Positions 29,377 to 39,165 of a DNA stretch of 64,000 bases are shown in pieces. The stretch's first letter is position 1. Each line of letters starts with the position of its first letter. Below the pieces are notes generated by a model, which worked only from the letters and a program-made list of their open reading frames with translations, did no database searches and was not told the origin of the DNA. Source of the stretch: Vicinamibacteria bacterium (GTDB lineage Bacteria; Acidobacteriota; Vicinamibacteria; Fen-336); assembly GCA_046331285.1 (NCBI GenBank), contig JAXLRD010000011.1:69790-133789 (forward strand). The letters are read 5' to 3'. The translations under genes and the position numbers were made by a program.

Positions 29377-29931
29377 TTACTGGCCTTCCCGACCCGAGCG
29401 ACCCGACCGCCTCGCTTCGCGCAGCGCCTCGTTCGCGGCGGCGACGTCGTTCCGGGCTTCCGAGAGGGCCGCCTGCATGGAGCTCAGCTCCTCCCTGACC
29501 CGTGCGTCCTCGGCCAGGTCGTTGCTGCCGGTGGCGCCGAAGATGTAGCTCCCGCTCATCGGGTTGAGCTTGTCGCTCAGCTCCTTGGCTCGGCGCTCGA
29601 GCGCGCTGAGGCGCTGCTGGGCCTCGGTCAGCGTCCGGACGAAGCCCGACTCCGCCTCCTGGCGCTCCTTGTAGGCGTCGGGCTCGTCGGCGGGCCCGGA
29701 CGACTCGGCCGCTGCCGGGCTCGTCTCGGCGGCCGCCGCGGGCGCCGGGGCGCCGGCCGGCCGCCCCTTCTCGAGGTCCTGGTTCGTGAAGGACCGCCCC
29801 TGATCCGCCGCGGACTTGGCCCGCCGCGCCCGTTCCCGGGCGGCGACGTCTCCGAGCCCCTGCGCGTACACGCCGCCGGAGTCGGCGACCCACAGCAACG
29901 CGAAGACGACCATCGCGGGGACGGCTTTCAC
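29377..29931 (-). CDS. Secreted coiled-coil protein (FTNQDL ... LERRAK), uncharacterised
   Basis: VKAVPAMVVFALLWVADSGGVYAQ signal, FTNQDLEKG, an Ala/Pro linker and LSALERRAKELSDKL. The GTG at 29931 overlaps the upstream stop (GTGA). Confidence 0.55.
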   Translation of the reverse strand: MKAVPAMVVFALLWVADSGGVYAQGLGDVAARERARRAKSAADQGRSFTNQDLEKGRPAGAPAPAAAAETSPAAAESSGPADEPDAYKERQEAESGFVRTLTEAQQRLSALERRAKELSDKLNPMSGSYIFGATGSNDLAEDARVREELSSMQAALSEARNDVAAANEALREARRSGRSGREGQ

Positions 29932-31007
29932 TGGGCGCTCCTTTCCGGGGCCAGCCGGCCGGCGCGCGCCACGATGTCGCCGACGTCGGCGGCGTTCGGG
30001 GCGAGGCGGGCGTACTGGCGGTACGCGGCGGCGGCTTGCTCCCGCTGACCGGCGCGCTCGAGGAGGCTTCCCATCTGCCGGTGCAGGAGCGGGGCGTTCG
30101 GCGTGCGATCGAGCCCCTGGCGGACGACATCCACCGCCTCCTCGCGCTTGCCCTGCTGGAACAGGCTGTCCGCGAGGAGCGAGCGGGCGATCGCCGCCTC
30201 CGGCGCCCGGGCGAGAACCTCGCGGTAGGCCGCGGTGGCCCGGTCGCGGTCCCCGGTGCGGTCGAGCGAGTAGGCCAGCTCCTGCATCAGCACGGGGTCG
30301 TCGGGGCGCGCGGCCGCGGTCTTCTCGAGCAGCGGAGCCGCCCTGGCGTAGTCGCCGGTCCGGAACAGCAGGCGCCCGTAGTCTTCCCGGACGCCGTCGG
30401 CGTCGGGGTTCGCGGCGAGGATCGCCGCGTACTCCCGGGCCGCGTCCTCCGAGCGCCCCGCGACGTCGAGCGTGCGCGCGTACTGGGGGCGCAAACGGGA
30501 GTCGAGGCCGGCCGCCTGCGCATGGGCCGCGATCGCGGCATCCGTCCGTCCGTCGCGCCAAAGGGCGATACCGTAGGCGTTCTGGAAGTCCGGGTTGTCC
30601 GGCTGGGCCGTGACCGCCTTCTCGAACGCGGCGATCGCTCCCCGGAGGTCGCCGGCGTGCATCAGCCGCCGGCCGTCGGCGTACTCCAGCTCCCCCGGTG
30701 GGGGCGGCCCCGCGGGAGACGGCGGCCGAACCGGCGACTCGACACCGAACAGCTTCGGGGCCGGGCCGGTGTCGGCCCGGGCCCGTGCGGAGGCCTGCCA
30801 CGCCCAGTGCAGAACCAGAGCGAAGGCCACGGCTCCCGTCACGAAGGCCGCCACGGGCCGCAGCGGCGAGGGCGAATCGTCGGAGACGACCGCCGGCGCG
30901 GCGACCACGGTCGCGTTCTCGAGAGACTCCCCGCACCGGGCGCAGAACTGCCACGCCACGCGGTTCCGGGAGCCGCACGCTGGGCAATTGAGAGCCTCTT
31001 TAGGCAT
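29928..31007 (-). CDS. Zinc-ribbon / single-TM / TPR-repeat protein
   Basis: N-terminal CPACGSRNRVAWQFCARCG, a TM (AAFVTGAVAFALVLHWAW), then about 6 TPR-like repeats. Confidence 0.75.
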   Translation of the reverse strand: MPKEALNCPACGSRNRVAWQFCARCGESLENATVVAAPAVVSDDSPSPLRPVAAFVTGAVAFALVLHWAWQASARARADTGPAPKLFGVESPVRPPSPAGPPPPGELEYADGRRLMHAGDLRGAIAAFEKAVTAQPDNPDFQNAYGIALWRDGRTDAAIAAHAQAAGLDSRLRPQYARTLDVAGRSEDAAREYAAILAANPDADGVREDYGRLLFRTGDYARAAPLLEKTAAARPDDPVLMQELAYSLDRTGDRDRATAAYREVLARAPEAAIARSLLADSLFQQGKREEAVDVVRQGLDRTPNAPLLHRQMGSLLERAGQREQAAAAYRQYARLAPNAADVGDIVARAGRLAPERSAQ

Positions 31008-31069
31008 ACTGGAAGCCTACACCCAACTCGACTTCGAGAGAATGACCTAAAGCACTTCCTCAACTGTCC

Positions 31070-31102
31070 GCCAGAAAGCCCGGCCCCACAAAGGAACCGG
31101 GC
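31070..31102 (-). terminator. Possible terminator after pilY1
   Basis: GCCCGG/CCGGGC stem with a 13-nt loop, followed on the minus strand by TTTCT. Confidence 0.35.
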
Positions 31103-31117
31103 CCTCTGGCTGCAGGG

Positions 31118-34100
31118 CTACTGGCAGACGGTCGACCCGTACCGGATTGCCGGCGCCGGGGCACCGGGCTCTCTCACGAACAGGACGTTGGCCGTCGCTG
31201 TCTGAGCCGTCGGCGGCACGCCGGGCGGAGGCGGAGGCGCCGGCGTGCCCTTCATCAGGCCCTCGTCGGCCGCGAAGCTGGACCCGGCGCGGTTCGGGTC
31301 CGGATCGCCCAGCATCGAGATCGCCGCGATGCGGCTGTTCTTGAAGACGCGGTAGGCGTCGTCCCCCGAGGAGTTCAGGTCGTACGCCGCGGAGCCGCTG
31401 TTCACCCCCAGAGCGTAGATGATCGTGTCGAACTGGGAGCGGCAGGGGTAGACGCCGATGCCGCAGGCGAGCGGCGTCGCCGGGGCGAACGTCGTGTTCG
31501 GCGGACTCAGGCGGGTGCCGGCGAAGAAGACGCGCCAGAGCACCGTAGCCGTGGCCGGGCACTTGCCGTTCGAGATGGCTTCCGAGCACTCGAACGCCCC
31601 GGCCGGCTGCACGGTGCCGCGGAACACCGCCTCGGTCGCGTAGCCGCAGCTCGCGTCGGCGTCGCCCTGGTCGAACGTCCGCGCGAACTTCTTCGTGATG
31701 GGAGCGAAGGTCGTCACTCCGTCGTCCGTCGTCGAGGCGCCGACCGTGATGTCGGTGTCCGTGCCGGTGTCGAGGAACGTGAAGTTGCGGAACGGACCCG
31801 ACGCGCGTCGGTCCGCGCCGGCGGTCACGAAGATGTACGGCCCGGCCGTCGCCGTCGAGCTCGGGTCGCTGTCGATCAGGGCCACGGCGGTGCCGATCGG
31901 CTGGTTGGCCCCCACGTCGGCCACCGGGAGCGCCACGTCCGGACGGGTCGTCAGGAATTTCCAGACCCGGCCGTGGACGTCGCCGATGTAGACGCGGCTG
32001 CTCTCGTAGGCCCAGGGGTGCGTGTTCTTCAGCGCCTGGGAGATGACGCGGTTGTAGCTCACCGAGTTCGCGACGAGGGCGTTCGGGTAGGAGAGCCCGC
32101 TCCGCGTCAGCCCGTAGGTCGACGCGGCGGCCTCGACGTCGACCGCGGCGATCACGTCGCCGGAGAGCGCGTCGAGGGTGAAATGGGTCGTCCCCTCGCC
32201 GGTCGCACCGTAGCCCGATCCCATGAAGATGGCGAAGTCGACGTTCTGGTAGGACCGAGCCGTGGCGTAGAACGGGTTGTTCCGCTGCTTGTTGACGTAG
32301 GCGACGGTCGGGATCGACCAGGTCTCGCCCATCTTGGCGTACGCGGACTTGTCGGCCGCCGTGCCGTTCATCGTGCCGGCCGCGGTGCCGTCCGCGGTAT
32401 CCGGGTTGCCGCGGCTCCACAGCGGAATCGGCCCCGCCGCCGCAAGCGCCGTCTTGGTGTAGGCGCCCGGTGCGGTCACGTCGAGGGCTGTCACGTACTT
32501 GCCCCCGATGCCGCGGCCGAAGTACAGCACGCGTCGCCACACGCCCTGCATCGAGCCGACGGTGACGCCGCCGATGTTGACGTTCGTCATCGCCCCCGGA
32601 ACGAAGATGTCGGCGAAGCGAACGCCGCGCGCCATCGTGAAGACGTGGTTCGCGCGCCCCTGGGGTTCGTTCAGGAACCGAAGGCGCAGCGAGATGAGCT
32701 GGTCGTAGGGCAGGAAGCCCCAGAGCTCCTCGCCCCCCGACTCCGCGCAGCTCGACGTGCTGGGCGAGCAGTTGGGTCCGGCCCGGAACGCGTGCAGCAT
32801 GTCGTTCGCCGGCTGGTACACCACGGTCATCACGGGCTTCAGGTTCGAACGGCTGTCGGTGGCGTCACCCGAGACGGTGTTGTCGTCGTCCGGCTGCGTG
32901 AGGCCGAAGCCCATCGGGATCTGGGCGCCGGCGGTGTCCGGATTCTTGGCCGAGGCGTTGCGCGGCCCCTTCGTCATCAGGGTGTACTCCGCCATGTACG
33001 GCGTCGCCTCGGGTCCATCGAGGTTCGGCGGCGTAATGACGCCGGCCGTGGCCATCTCGGAGTCCGCGAGCATCCACTCGCGGGCCGAGTAGAGGATGGC
33101 GTTCGCGGGAATGGCGCCGGACGCCGCCGACGTCCGGGCGAGCCCGGTCGACGAGGGCACCGGCTTCGCCCCCGCGATGAAGGCGAGCATCATCTCCCGC
33201 GCCTCCCGCCGGGCGGCCTTCATCTTCGTGAGGGCCGTGGAGGAGGTGCATCCGCCGGGCAGGCTCGTGCCCGTGCAGGCCTTGAACTTCGTCGTCAGGT
33301 CGCTGACCCACTGCGACGTGCACGAGGTGAACGGGGCGACGAGGGTGCAGGTCGCGCTGTCGTCGGGGAGGCCGAGCTCCTTGTCGAGAGCGCCCTGCGC
33401 GGTGTAGTCGGCCGGCGCCACGAGCGTGCCCGGCGGCCAGAGAGCGAGCCGCCCGGTCGCGGTTCCCGCCATGAGCGTCGAGGGGTCGAACGCGAACACT
33501 CCGTTGCGGCTCGTCGTGTAGATGCGCCGCTTGATCTTCGCGGCCGAGGTCGCGATGGTGGCGTCGGAGGCGCCGGCGTGGAGCTGCGCGAAGGCGCACT
33601 GGTTCGCCGCCCCGCCGACGGCGGTCGTGGCGCAGGTGGCCATCGGCGTCGAGATCGAGTCGAACAGCTTCTGGCCCGCGCTCCACTTCAGGACGGAGCC
33701 GCCGGACCCGTCGTTCTGGTAGGCGCGGAGCTGCCCCTTGAAGCCGGGCAGGGAGAAGCTCGACACGAAGCGGGTGGGGACGATCGCCGCCAGGCGGGTG
33801 CGCGGGCTGCGCGCGTCGTAGGTCCGGCTCGCGTCCGACGCCAGGTCGACGTACTCGAAGACGCTCTCCGTGATCGACTGCTGGGCGTTGAAGTCGCCGT
33901 CGGAGGCACCCTGGTCGATGATGGACTGGAGCTGGGTCGCGAGGGTCGCCGCGTCGGGCGCGACGAAGGCGTCCCGGCAGGTGGAGCACTTCGCCCGGGC
34001 GTTCGTCAGCGTGGTCGAGCTGTCGCTCGCCCAGTTGACGTTGGGCTGGGTCGTGGTGCCCTGCCCGAGGCCGCTGCCACCCCACGCGATCCAGTTGAGA

Positions 34101-36088
34101 TAGGTGCTGCTGAGGCCGTAGCCGATGACGTACGTGTCGACCGACGAGGCCGAGTCGGCGGCGTCGACGGGCGTGTAGAGGGCCTCCGCCGCGGTCGCGG
34201 CCCGACGGGCGTTGGCGTCGGCGCCCCCGCCATTGGAGTCCCCGCGGCTGCCGCACGTGTCGTCACCGTCCGTGACGAAGATGACGATCGTCTTCTCCTT
34301 CGGCTTGCGAGCGGAGTCCGCGCAGGAGTTGCTGCCGTCGGGGCACGTCCCGTGCTGCTTGATGGGCGAGATCTGCCAGGGAGGCGGGCCGGCCATGTTC
34401 GTCGTGCCACCCTGACCGTTGTGCCAGAGCTCGGTGAACCCCCGCTGGGGGCACGCGCCGGTCGTCGCGGCCGGCGAGATCCAGTCGAGCTTGCCGGGGG
34501 TCGGGGCCGCGTTCAGGACGCACGACGTGTCCCCGGCATTCGCCGTCCCCTTGATGTCGATCAGGCTGTTGGCGATCGGCGTGTAGCCGGCCGCCTTCCC
34601 CGAGGGCGCGACGGTCACGGTCGAGACCTGCCAGCTCCCGTCGAGGTGCTCCTGGTAGTCGGGGACCCCGTCGGGGACGCTGTCGCCGGCGCTGCCGATC
34701 GCGGCCCCGTTCGTCGTGAGGTCGGCGGCGGCCCCGGTGGTCGCGAACGGGAACTCGAGGTCGATGTAGGGCAGGATCTGTGTGTACTGGCTCGGAGCGG
34801 GCCCAAGGGGGGCCGTCTGGAGGTCGCACGGCACGAGGGACGACTTCGATCGGAACCCGCTGCAGCCATCGCCGCTGCGGCCGAACCCGGCGCCGGCGAA
34901 GGTGAACGTCGCGGAGCCGGTCTGGTCGGCGCCGCATCCGGTGGCGACGAGCTGCAGGGTCAGAGTGGCCGGGTTCGTCAGGCCGGTCGTGGTGGGATAG
35001 GTCGCGCCGAGGATGGGCCCGCTGACGCCGCAGACGACCCCGTTGCTCTGGACGCGGATCGTCTCGCCGTTCCACAGGTGGCCCGCGGCGAGCTGGAAGA
35101 AGTCGGTGTCGGTGCCGCCGATGTTCTCGGTGAACGTCCAGACCGTCCGCATCTCGCCGCCCGAGTTGCCCGTGCCGGTCACCCGATAGAGCAGCCGGTA
35201 GGGCGCCGCGCTGGCGACCGATCCCGTGCCGAGGGTGCCGTTGTTCGTGGAGCGCCGCCCGAGCGCTCCCCGGATGCTGTTCGGGCTGTCGGCCCAGCGG
35301 ATGGCGAAGCGGAGCGTCCCGGTGGCCCTGGCGAACGTGAAGATCCCGGTCGCGGCGGCGTAGGTCACGGTGTACGTGTTCGACCGGCTTCCGGTCGTGC
35401 AGGTCGCCGCGTTCATCCGGGCCTGGAGCTCCGTGGCGAGCGCGGCCCCCGTGGCGAAGAAGCGCGGCGTGCCGCTCACCTCGGCGTAGCAGATCGCCGT
35501 CGTCGTCGTCGAGGCGCCCTCGCCGAAGTAGAGCCGGCTCCACTGGGGCCGGATGATCTGCCACGACTGCAGGCCGCGGCCGAGGGTGTCGCCGCTCGCC
35601 CCCTGCACGGTCAGCTCGGTGGCCGGCATCGTGCTCGTCGTGTACTGGAACCGGTTCCCGCGCGTGCTCGCGGACTGGTTGCTCAGCGTGAAGCCGTTCT
35701 GGGTGTAGGTCCCCATCTGGAAGGAGACCTTGTCCTGGTTGTTCTGGACGATCTGCCGCAGCACGCTCTTCGCCTGGTAGAGCTTCGAGCGCGGGTGGTC
35801 GCCGGCAATGGTGTCCGTCCCCGTCACCGTGCTCGTCATCGAGCCGGAGGTGTCGAGGACCACGATGACGTTGGGCCGGACCTTCAGCTCGAGGACCTCG
35901 AGGGGGTCCTGCCCGTTCACCGCCGCCGGCACCGTCGAGGCACGGCCGCCGTCTCCCACGAGACCGACGATGAGCAGGGCGACGGCCAGGAACGCGAGCC
36001 GACGACGAGTCCCAACCGAGCCTGCCTTCATGCGCCTGCCCTCCCTGCGTCCGTTCGCCTCGCCCGCCACGGCGCGCTCGTCGCTCAT
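31118..36088 (-). CDS. pilY1: PilY1-family type IV pilus tip adhesin with an N-terminal VWA domain (1656 aa)
   Basis: VWA MIDAS VIVVLDTSGSMT plus FVTDGDD; C-terminal PilY1 propeller-like blocks (FGRGIGGKYVTALDVT, VYIGDVHGRVWKF). Last gene of the minor-pilin operon. GGGGAG RBS. Confidence 0.8.
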   Translation of the reverse strand: MSDERAVAGEANGRREGRRMKAGSVGTRRRLAFLAVALLIVGLVGDGGRASTVPAAVNGQDPLEVLELKVRPNVIVVLDTSGSMTSTVTGTDTIAGDHPRSKLYQAKSVLRQIVQNNQDKVSFQMGTYTQNGFTLSNQSASTRGNRFQYTTSTMPATELTVQGASGDTLGRGLQSWQIIRPQWSRLYFGEGASTTTTAICYAEVSGTPRFFATGAALATELQARMNAATCTTGSRSNTYTVTYAAATGIFTFARATGTLRFAIRWADSPNSIRGALGRRSTNNGTLGTGSVASAAPYRLLYRVTGTGNSGGEMRTVWTFTENIGGTDTDFFQLAAGHLWNGETIRVQSNGVVCGVSGPILGATYPTTTGLTNPATLTLQLVATGCGADQTGSATFTFAGAGFGRSGDGCSGFRSKSSLVPCDLQTAPLGPAPSQYTQILPYIDLEFPFATTGAAADLTTNGAAIGSAGDSVPDGVPDYQEHLDGSWQVSTVTVAPSGKAAGYTPIANSLIDIKGTANAGDTSCVLNAAPTPGKLDWISPAATTGACPQRGFTELWHNGQGGTTNMAGPPPWQISPIKQHGTCPDGSNSCADSARKPKEKTIVIFVTDGDDTCGSRGDSNGGGADANARRAATAAEALYTPVDAADSASSVDTYVIGYGLSSTYLNWIAWGGSGLGQGTTTQPNVNWASDSSTTLTNARAKCSTCRDAFVAPDAATLATQLQSIIDQGASDGDFNAQQSITESVFEYVDLASDASRTYDARSPRTRLAAIVPTRFVSSFSLPGFKGQLRAYQNDGSGGSVLKWSAGQKLFDSISTPMATCATTAVGGAANQCAFAQLHAGASDATIATSAAKIKRRIYTTSRNGVFAFDPSTLMAGTATGRLALWPPGTLVAPADYTAQGALDKELGLPDDSATCTLVAPFTSCTSQWVSDLTTKFKACTGTSLPGGCTSSTALTKMKAARREAREMMLAFIAGAKPVPSSTGLARTSAASGAIPANAILYSAREWMLADSEMATAGVITPPNLDGPEATPYMAEYTLMTKGPRNASAKNPDTAGAQIPMGFGLTQPDDDNTVSGDATDSRSNLKPVMTVVYQPANDMLHAFRAGPNCSPSTSSCAESGGEELWGFLPYDQLISLRLRFLNEPQGRANHVFTMARGVRFADIFVPGAMTNVNIGGVTVGSMQGVWRRVLYFGRGIGGKYVTALDVTAPGAYTKTALAAAGPIPLWSRGNPDTADGTAAGTMNGTAADKSAYAKMGETWSIPTVAYVNKQRNNPFYATARSYQNVDFAIFMGSGYGATGEGTTHFTLDALSGDVIAAVDVEAAASTYGLTRSGLSYPNALVANSVSYNRVISQALKNTHPWAYESSRVYIGDVHGRVWKFLTTRPDVALPVADVGANQPIGTAVALIDSDPSSTATAGPYIFVTAGADRRASGPFRNFTFLDTGTDTDITVGASTTDDGVTTFAPITKKFARTFDQGDADASCGYATEAVFRGTVQPAGAFECSEAISNGKCPATATVLWRVFFAGTRLSPPNTTFAPATPLACGIGVYPCRSQFDTIIYALGVNSGSAAYDLNSSGDDAYRVFKNSRIAAISMLGDPDPNRAGSSFAADEGLMKGTPAPPPPPGVPPTAQTATANVLFVREPGAPAPAIRYGSTVCQ

Positions 36089-36098
36089 TGCGCTCCCC

Positions 36099-36905
36099 CT
36101 ACTCGACGCTCGTGCCCGTCAGGGCACCCGCGCTGCCGCCGCCGAAGACGTTGGCGAGGGAGCCCGTCGCCCCGGCGGTCACCGGTGCGCACGGGTTGAA
36201 GTTCTCGCCCATGGGCGACCCGCCCTCCTGGCCCTGCTGCTTGCCGAGTCCGCACGGGTTGCCGACCGTGGACAGCGCCAGGCCGAAGCGCGTCTCGAGG
36301 ACGCGAGTGGCCTGCCGCGCCCGGGTGAACGCGCTGCCACCGCCCGTGTACGGCGCGACGCCCTCGGAGACGACGATCAGGGTGTCGTTGCGGGTCTCGT
36401 CCGCATACTGGCCGTCGTTCGCCACCAGTAGCGGCCGCCGGATCCAGATCGTGAACGCGCCGTTCACCGCGTTGCCCTGGAAGTTCGAGATCTCCTCGTA
36501 ACGGGTCGCGCCTTCGGTCAGGACCAGCCCGTATCCGACGCCACCGCGCTGGTCGCAGTTCTGGTTGTAGTAGTCCCGTCCGGCCGGGGTGCCGCCCAGT
36601 GAAGGCGCGGCGCCGGGGGCCCAGTAGCCGGTCCGCACCGGGGGCAGTTGGGTCTGCCAGCCAGAGGCCGGGTCGGCGACGTTGCTGAGCACCACCCGCG
36701 CGACCTCGAGGCCGGCCTCCGCGTTGTACTGCGCCTGCTGGGCCCAGCGGTAGTTCGTCGCGATCTGCAGCTCGGTCGACGTCGTGGCCGCGAGGGTCAG
36801 GCCGAGAAAGGTCAGCAGCATGAGCGAGAGGATCGCAATGATGAACGCGAAGCCCTGCTCGCGCGCGCGGGCGGCGGCCCCCTTCGTTTCGGTCGAGGCG
36901 GTCAT
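36099..36905 (-). CDS. pilX: PilX-like minor pilin/assembly protein
   Basis: EQGFAFIIAILSLMLLTFLGLTLAATTSTELQIATNYRWAQQAQYNAEAGLEVAR (PilX_N-like). The ATG at 36905 overlaps the pilW stop (ATGA). Confidence 0.75.
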   Translation of the reverse strand: MTASTETKGAAARAREQGFAFIIAILSLMLLTFLGLTLAATTSTELQIATNYRWAQQAQYNAEAGLEVARVVLSNVADPASGWQTQLPPVRTGYWAPGAAPSLGGTPAGRDYYNQNCDQRGGVGYGLVLTEGATRYEEISNFQGNAVNGAFTIWIRRPLLVANDGQYADETRNDTLIVVSEGVAPYTGGGSAFTRARQATRVLETRFGLALSTVGNPCGLGKQQGQEGGSPMGENFNPCAPVTAGATGSLANVFGGGSAGALTGTSVE

Positions 36906-38008
36906 CGGATCTGGCTCCCCATCTGAAGCTCGTTGAAAGCGGCGCGGGGCGTCACCGTGGTGGTGAGCTGCCCCCTCACGGCATTCGGCCCGCCCGATGC
37001 GGTCGTCTGGCCCTGCAGGTTCGCGGCGGACGCCCGCGCGGACAGGGTGATGCGCACCTGCCGCGTCAGCGAGTTGTAGTCGTTCGTCGTGACGGTGGCC
37101 GGCAGGTTCGTCCACACGCCGTCCCCGGCCATGTACTCCAACTGCAGATCCTCGATGCCGCGGGCGACGAGCTCCCACGGTGAGTTCGCTCCCGGGAACC
37201 CGGACTCTCCGGGCTCGACCGGCGCCGTGCCGTCCGTGGCGTAGCGGCCGCTCTCGCTCCGCCAGAGGCCCGGGCTGTCGTCCTGCGGGTCGCCCGTCGG
37301 CGCCACGCGATACCGCACCAAGCGCGCCCGGTAGGCGAACACGACGGGCGTGGACGGCGGCGGGGCGCTGGCCGGCGCCGGAAGGGCCGTGGTCCACGGC
37401 GCCAAGGGGTTTCCCAACATCATCCGGTCGTTGTTCGTGGAGGACCCGCCGCTCGGACAGGCGGTGGTGCTCGTGCTGGCAACCGCCGGCTGAACGGCCA
37501 CCGACGTGTTGTCGGTGAGCAGAACGAGGCCGGGAAGGGGCTGACACGTCGCCGAACGACGCTCGCGGGTCACGAACAGGCCGGCGGCTCCGCCGAGCAC
37601 GGTCGTGCTGCACACCGTGAGGGTCGGACATCGCGGGTCGGTGGTCAGGATCTCGAGCACGTCCGTGTTCTCCGAAGGGTCGCCCCCGCCGCGCGCCGCG
37701 GCGCCGGTCGTCCCGAGCACGCCGGCCGCGCCGCAGCCGTTGACGCCCGCGTTGCACCCGGTCGTCTCCGTCTGCGTGAACACCTGGGCGAACGTGGGCA
37801 GAGCGGCCCCGGCGTTGAACACGTCGCGGGCGACGCTGTCCATGGCCAGCCGCGCGTTCTGTTGCCGGTCGGCCAGCTCCGGCTCGCGCCGGAACGCCTC
37901 GCCGCCGGTCGAGAGGAGCGCGACGATCGCTCCGGAGACGATGAGGGTCAGGGTCATCGCCACCAGGAGCTCGATGAGGGTGAAGCCGGCTTCGTCGCGG
38001 CGCATCAT
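36902..38008 (-). CDS. pilW: PilW-like minor pilin
   Basis: MMRRDEAGFTLIELLVAMTLTLIVSGAIVALL prepilin N-methylation motif, and DRQQNARLAMDSVARDV. GGAGG RBS. Confidence 0.75.
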   Translation of the reverse strand: MMRRDEAGFTLIELLVAMTLTLIVSGAIVALLSTGGEAFRREPELADRQQNARLAMDSVARDVFNAGAALPTFAQVFTQTETTGCNAGVNGCGAAGVLGTTGAAARGGGDPSENTDVLEILTTDPRCPTLTVCSTTVLGGAAGLFVTRERRSATCQPLPGLVLLTDNTSVAVQPAVASTSTTACPSGGSSTNNDRMMLGNPLAPWTTALPAPASAPPPSTPVVFAYRARLVRYRVAPTGDPQDDSPGLWRSESGRYATDGTAPVEPGESGFPGANSPWELVARGIEDLQLEYMAGDGVWTNLPATVTTNDYNSLTRQVRITLSARASAANLQGQTTASGGPNAVRGQLTTTVTPRAAFNELQMGSQIR

Positions 38009-38535
38009 GGGGCCTCCGGGCAACCGCCCGTGGTCGGGTCGGAGTTCGTGCACGCGCGGAAGACCGTGAAGTCCGCGCGGGACCGGGCGGCGGCCAGCGT
38101 CCCGAGCCCCTGCGACTGGACCTCGATGTGGAGGATCCTCTGGTCGGCGGTCGTCGAGATTCGCCAGTGGGTGTGGATCCGGCCGACCCCGGGGATGTCG
38201 TCCGTGCAGTGCCACTCCGTGAACCAGGTCGGGAAGTCGGCGGACGCGCAGGCCCGGCCTCCGTCGCCGGCGTTCCAGTCCGCGCCGCCCACCGTCAGCG
38301 ACGTGAACGTCACGCCCTTGAGCATCTCCATCACGCGGCCGGCCGAGGTGACGGCGGCCGTCGCCTGGTTGGCGACGGCGTTCGAGCTCGCGGCCACGAG
38401 CAGCAGATTGGTGACGGCCATCAGGCCGAAGACCAGCACGACGATGGCGACGAGGGTCTCGACGAGGGTGAAGCCCGCCGCCCGGCCGCCACTCCGACGT
38501 CTTCGCTCAGTGGGTTCCATCTTCGGTGCCCTCAT
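38005..38535 (-). CDS. pilV: PilV-like minor pilin
   Basis: AGFTLVETLVAIVVLVFGLMAVTNLLL. The ATG at 38535 overlaps the fimT stop (ATGA). Confidence 0.75.
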   Translation of the reverse strand: MRAPKMEPTERRRRSGGRAAGFTLVETLVAIVVLVFGLMAVTNLLLVAASSNAVANQATAAVTSAGRVMEMLKGVTFTSLTVGGADWNAGDGGRACASADFPTWFTEWHCTDDIPGVGRIHTHWRISTTADQRILHIEVQSQGLGTLAAARSRADFTVFRACTNSDPTTGGCPEAP

Positions 38536-39134
38536 GGCTGCGGCAGGATCCGGCCGCCCGGGGCGAGGCGCACGGTCCGCCGCAGCCCCGTCGCGACCTC
38601 CTCCAGCGTGACGACGAGGCCGCCCGGGATTCCGTTCGGGTCCGGCGCGATGAAGCTCGCTCCCGCGTTCGTCGTGCACCGCGCGGACTCCGGACAGGGG
38701 CTGGAGAACGCGGCGACGCAGCCTCCCCCCGAGACCGCCGGATTGCAGTAGTTGCCGAGCCGGTTGAACCTCACGGACGGCCCGGCGCTGCCGCCGGTGG
38801 CGACCACGAAGCGAACGCCGTTGGGCAGCTCCTGGATGGGCGCGAGCTGCTCGCCCGACGGCAGGTCTTCCTGGACGAACCGGAAGCTGTCGTGGTCGAG
38901 CACGAAGAACGAGACGCCGGCATCGGTGTTCGAGGTGATCGCGCGGCTGCGGGCGGTCTGGATCTGGTCCGCGACCTGCCGCGCCGCGCCGCGGATCTTG
39001 TAGTTCCGGATGTAGCCGCCGATGTTGGGCAGCGCGACGGCCGCCGTGATCGCGATGATCGCGACCACGATCAGCAACTCGACGAGCGAGAACCCCCTGG
39101 AGCGGCGCTGGCATGTCGACACGTCGTTGGCCAT
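38532..39134 (-). CDS. fimT: GspH/FimT-family minor pilin
   Basis: MANDVSTCQRRSRGFSLVELLIVVAIIAITAAVALPNIGGYIRNYKIRGAARQVADQIQTARSRAI. ATG at 39134 (residue 18 of the track ORF). Confidence 0.75.
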   Translation of the reverse strand: MANDVSTCQRRSRGFSLVELLIVVAIIAITAAVALPNIGGYIRNYKIRGAARQVADQIQTARSRAITSNTDAGVSFFVLDHDSFRFVQEDLPSGEQLAPIQELPNGVRFVVATGGSAGPSVRFNRLGNYCNPAVSGGGCVAAFSSPCPESARCTTNAGASFIAPDPNGIPGGLVVTLEEVATGLRRTVRLAPGGRILPQP

Positions 39135-39150
39135 GGCGTCTCCTGCATGA

Positions 39151-39165
39151 GCAAACTCCGTTCCA
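39151..39165 (-). promoter_or_regulatory. Sigma-54-like motif upstream of fimT (uncertain)
   Basis: Minus strand reads TGGAACGGAGTTTGC with correct spacing. It sits only about 17 nt from the ATG at 39134 and overlaps a hairpin (ACTCCGTT/AACGGAGT). Confidence 0.3.

Noticed and set aside
31973-36199. A 1408-aa plus-strand ORF opposite pilY1.
   Set aside because: It has the same Arg-rich shadow composition, while the minus-strand product has VWA and PilY1 motifs.
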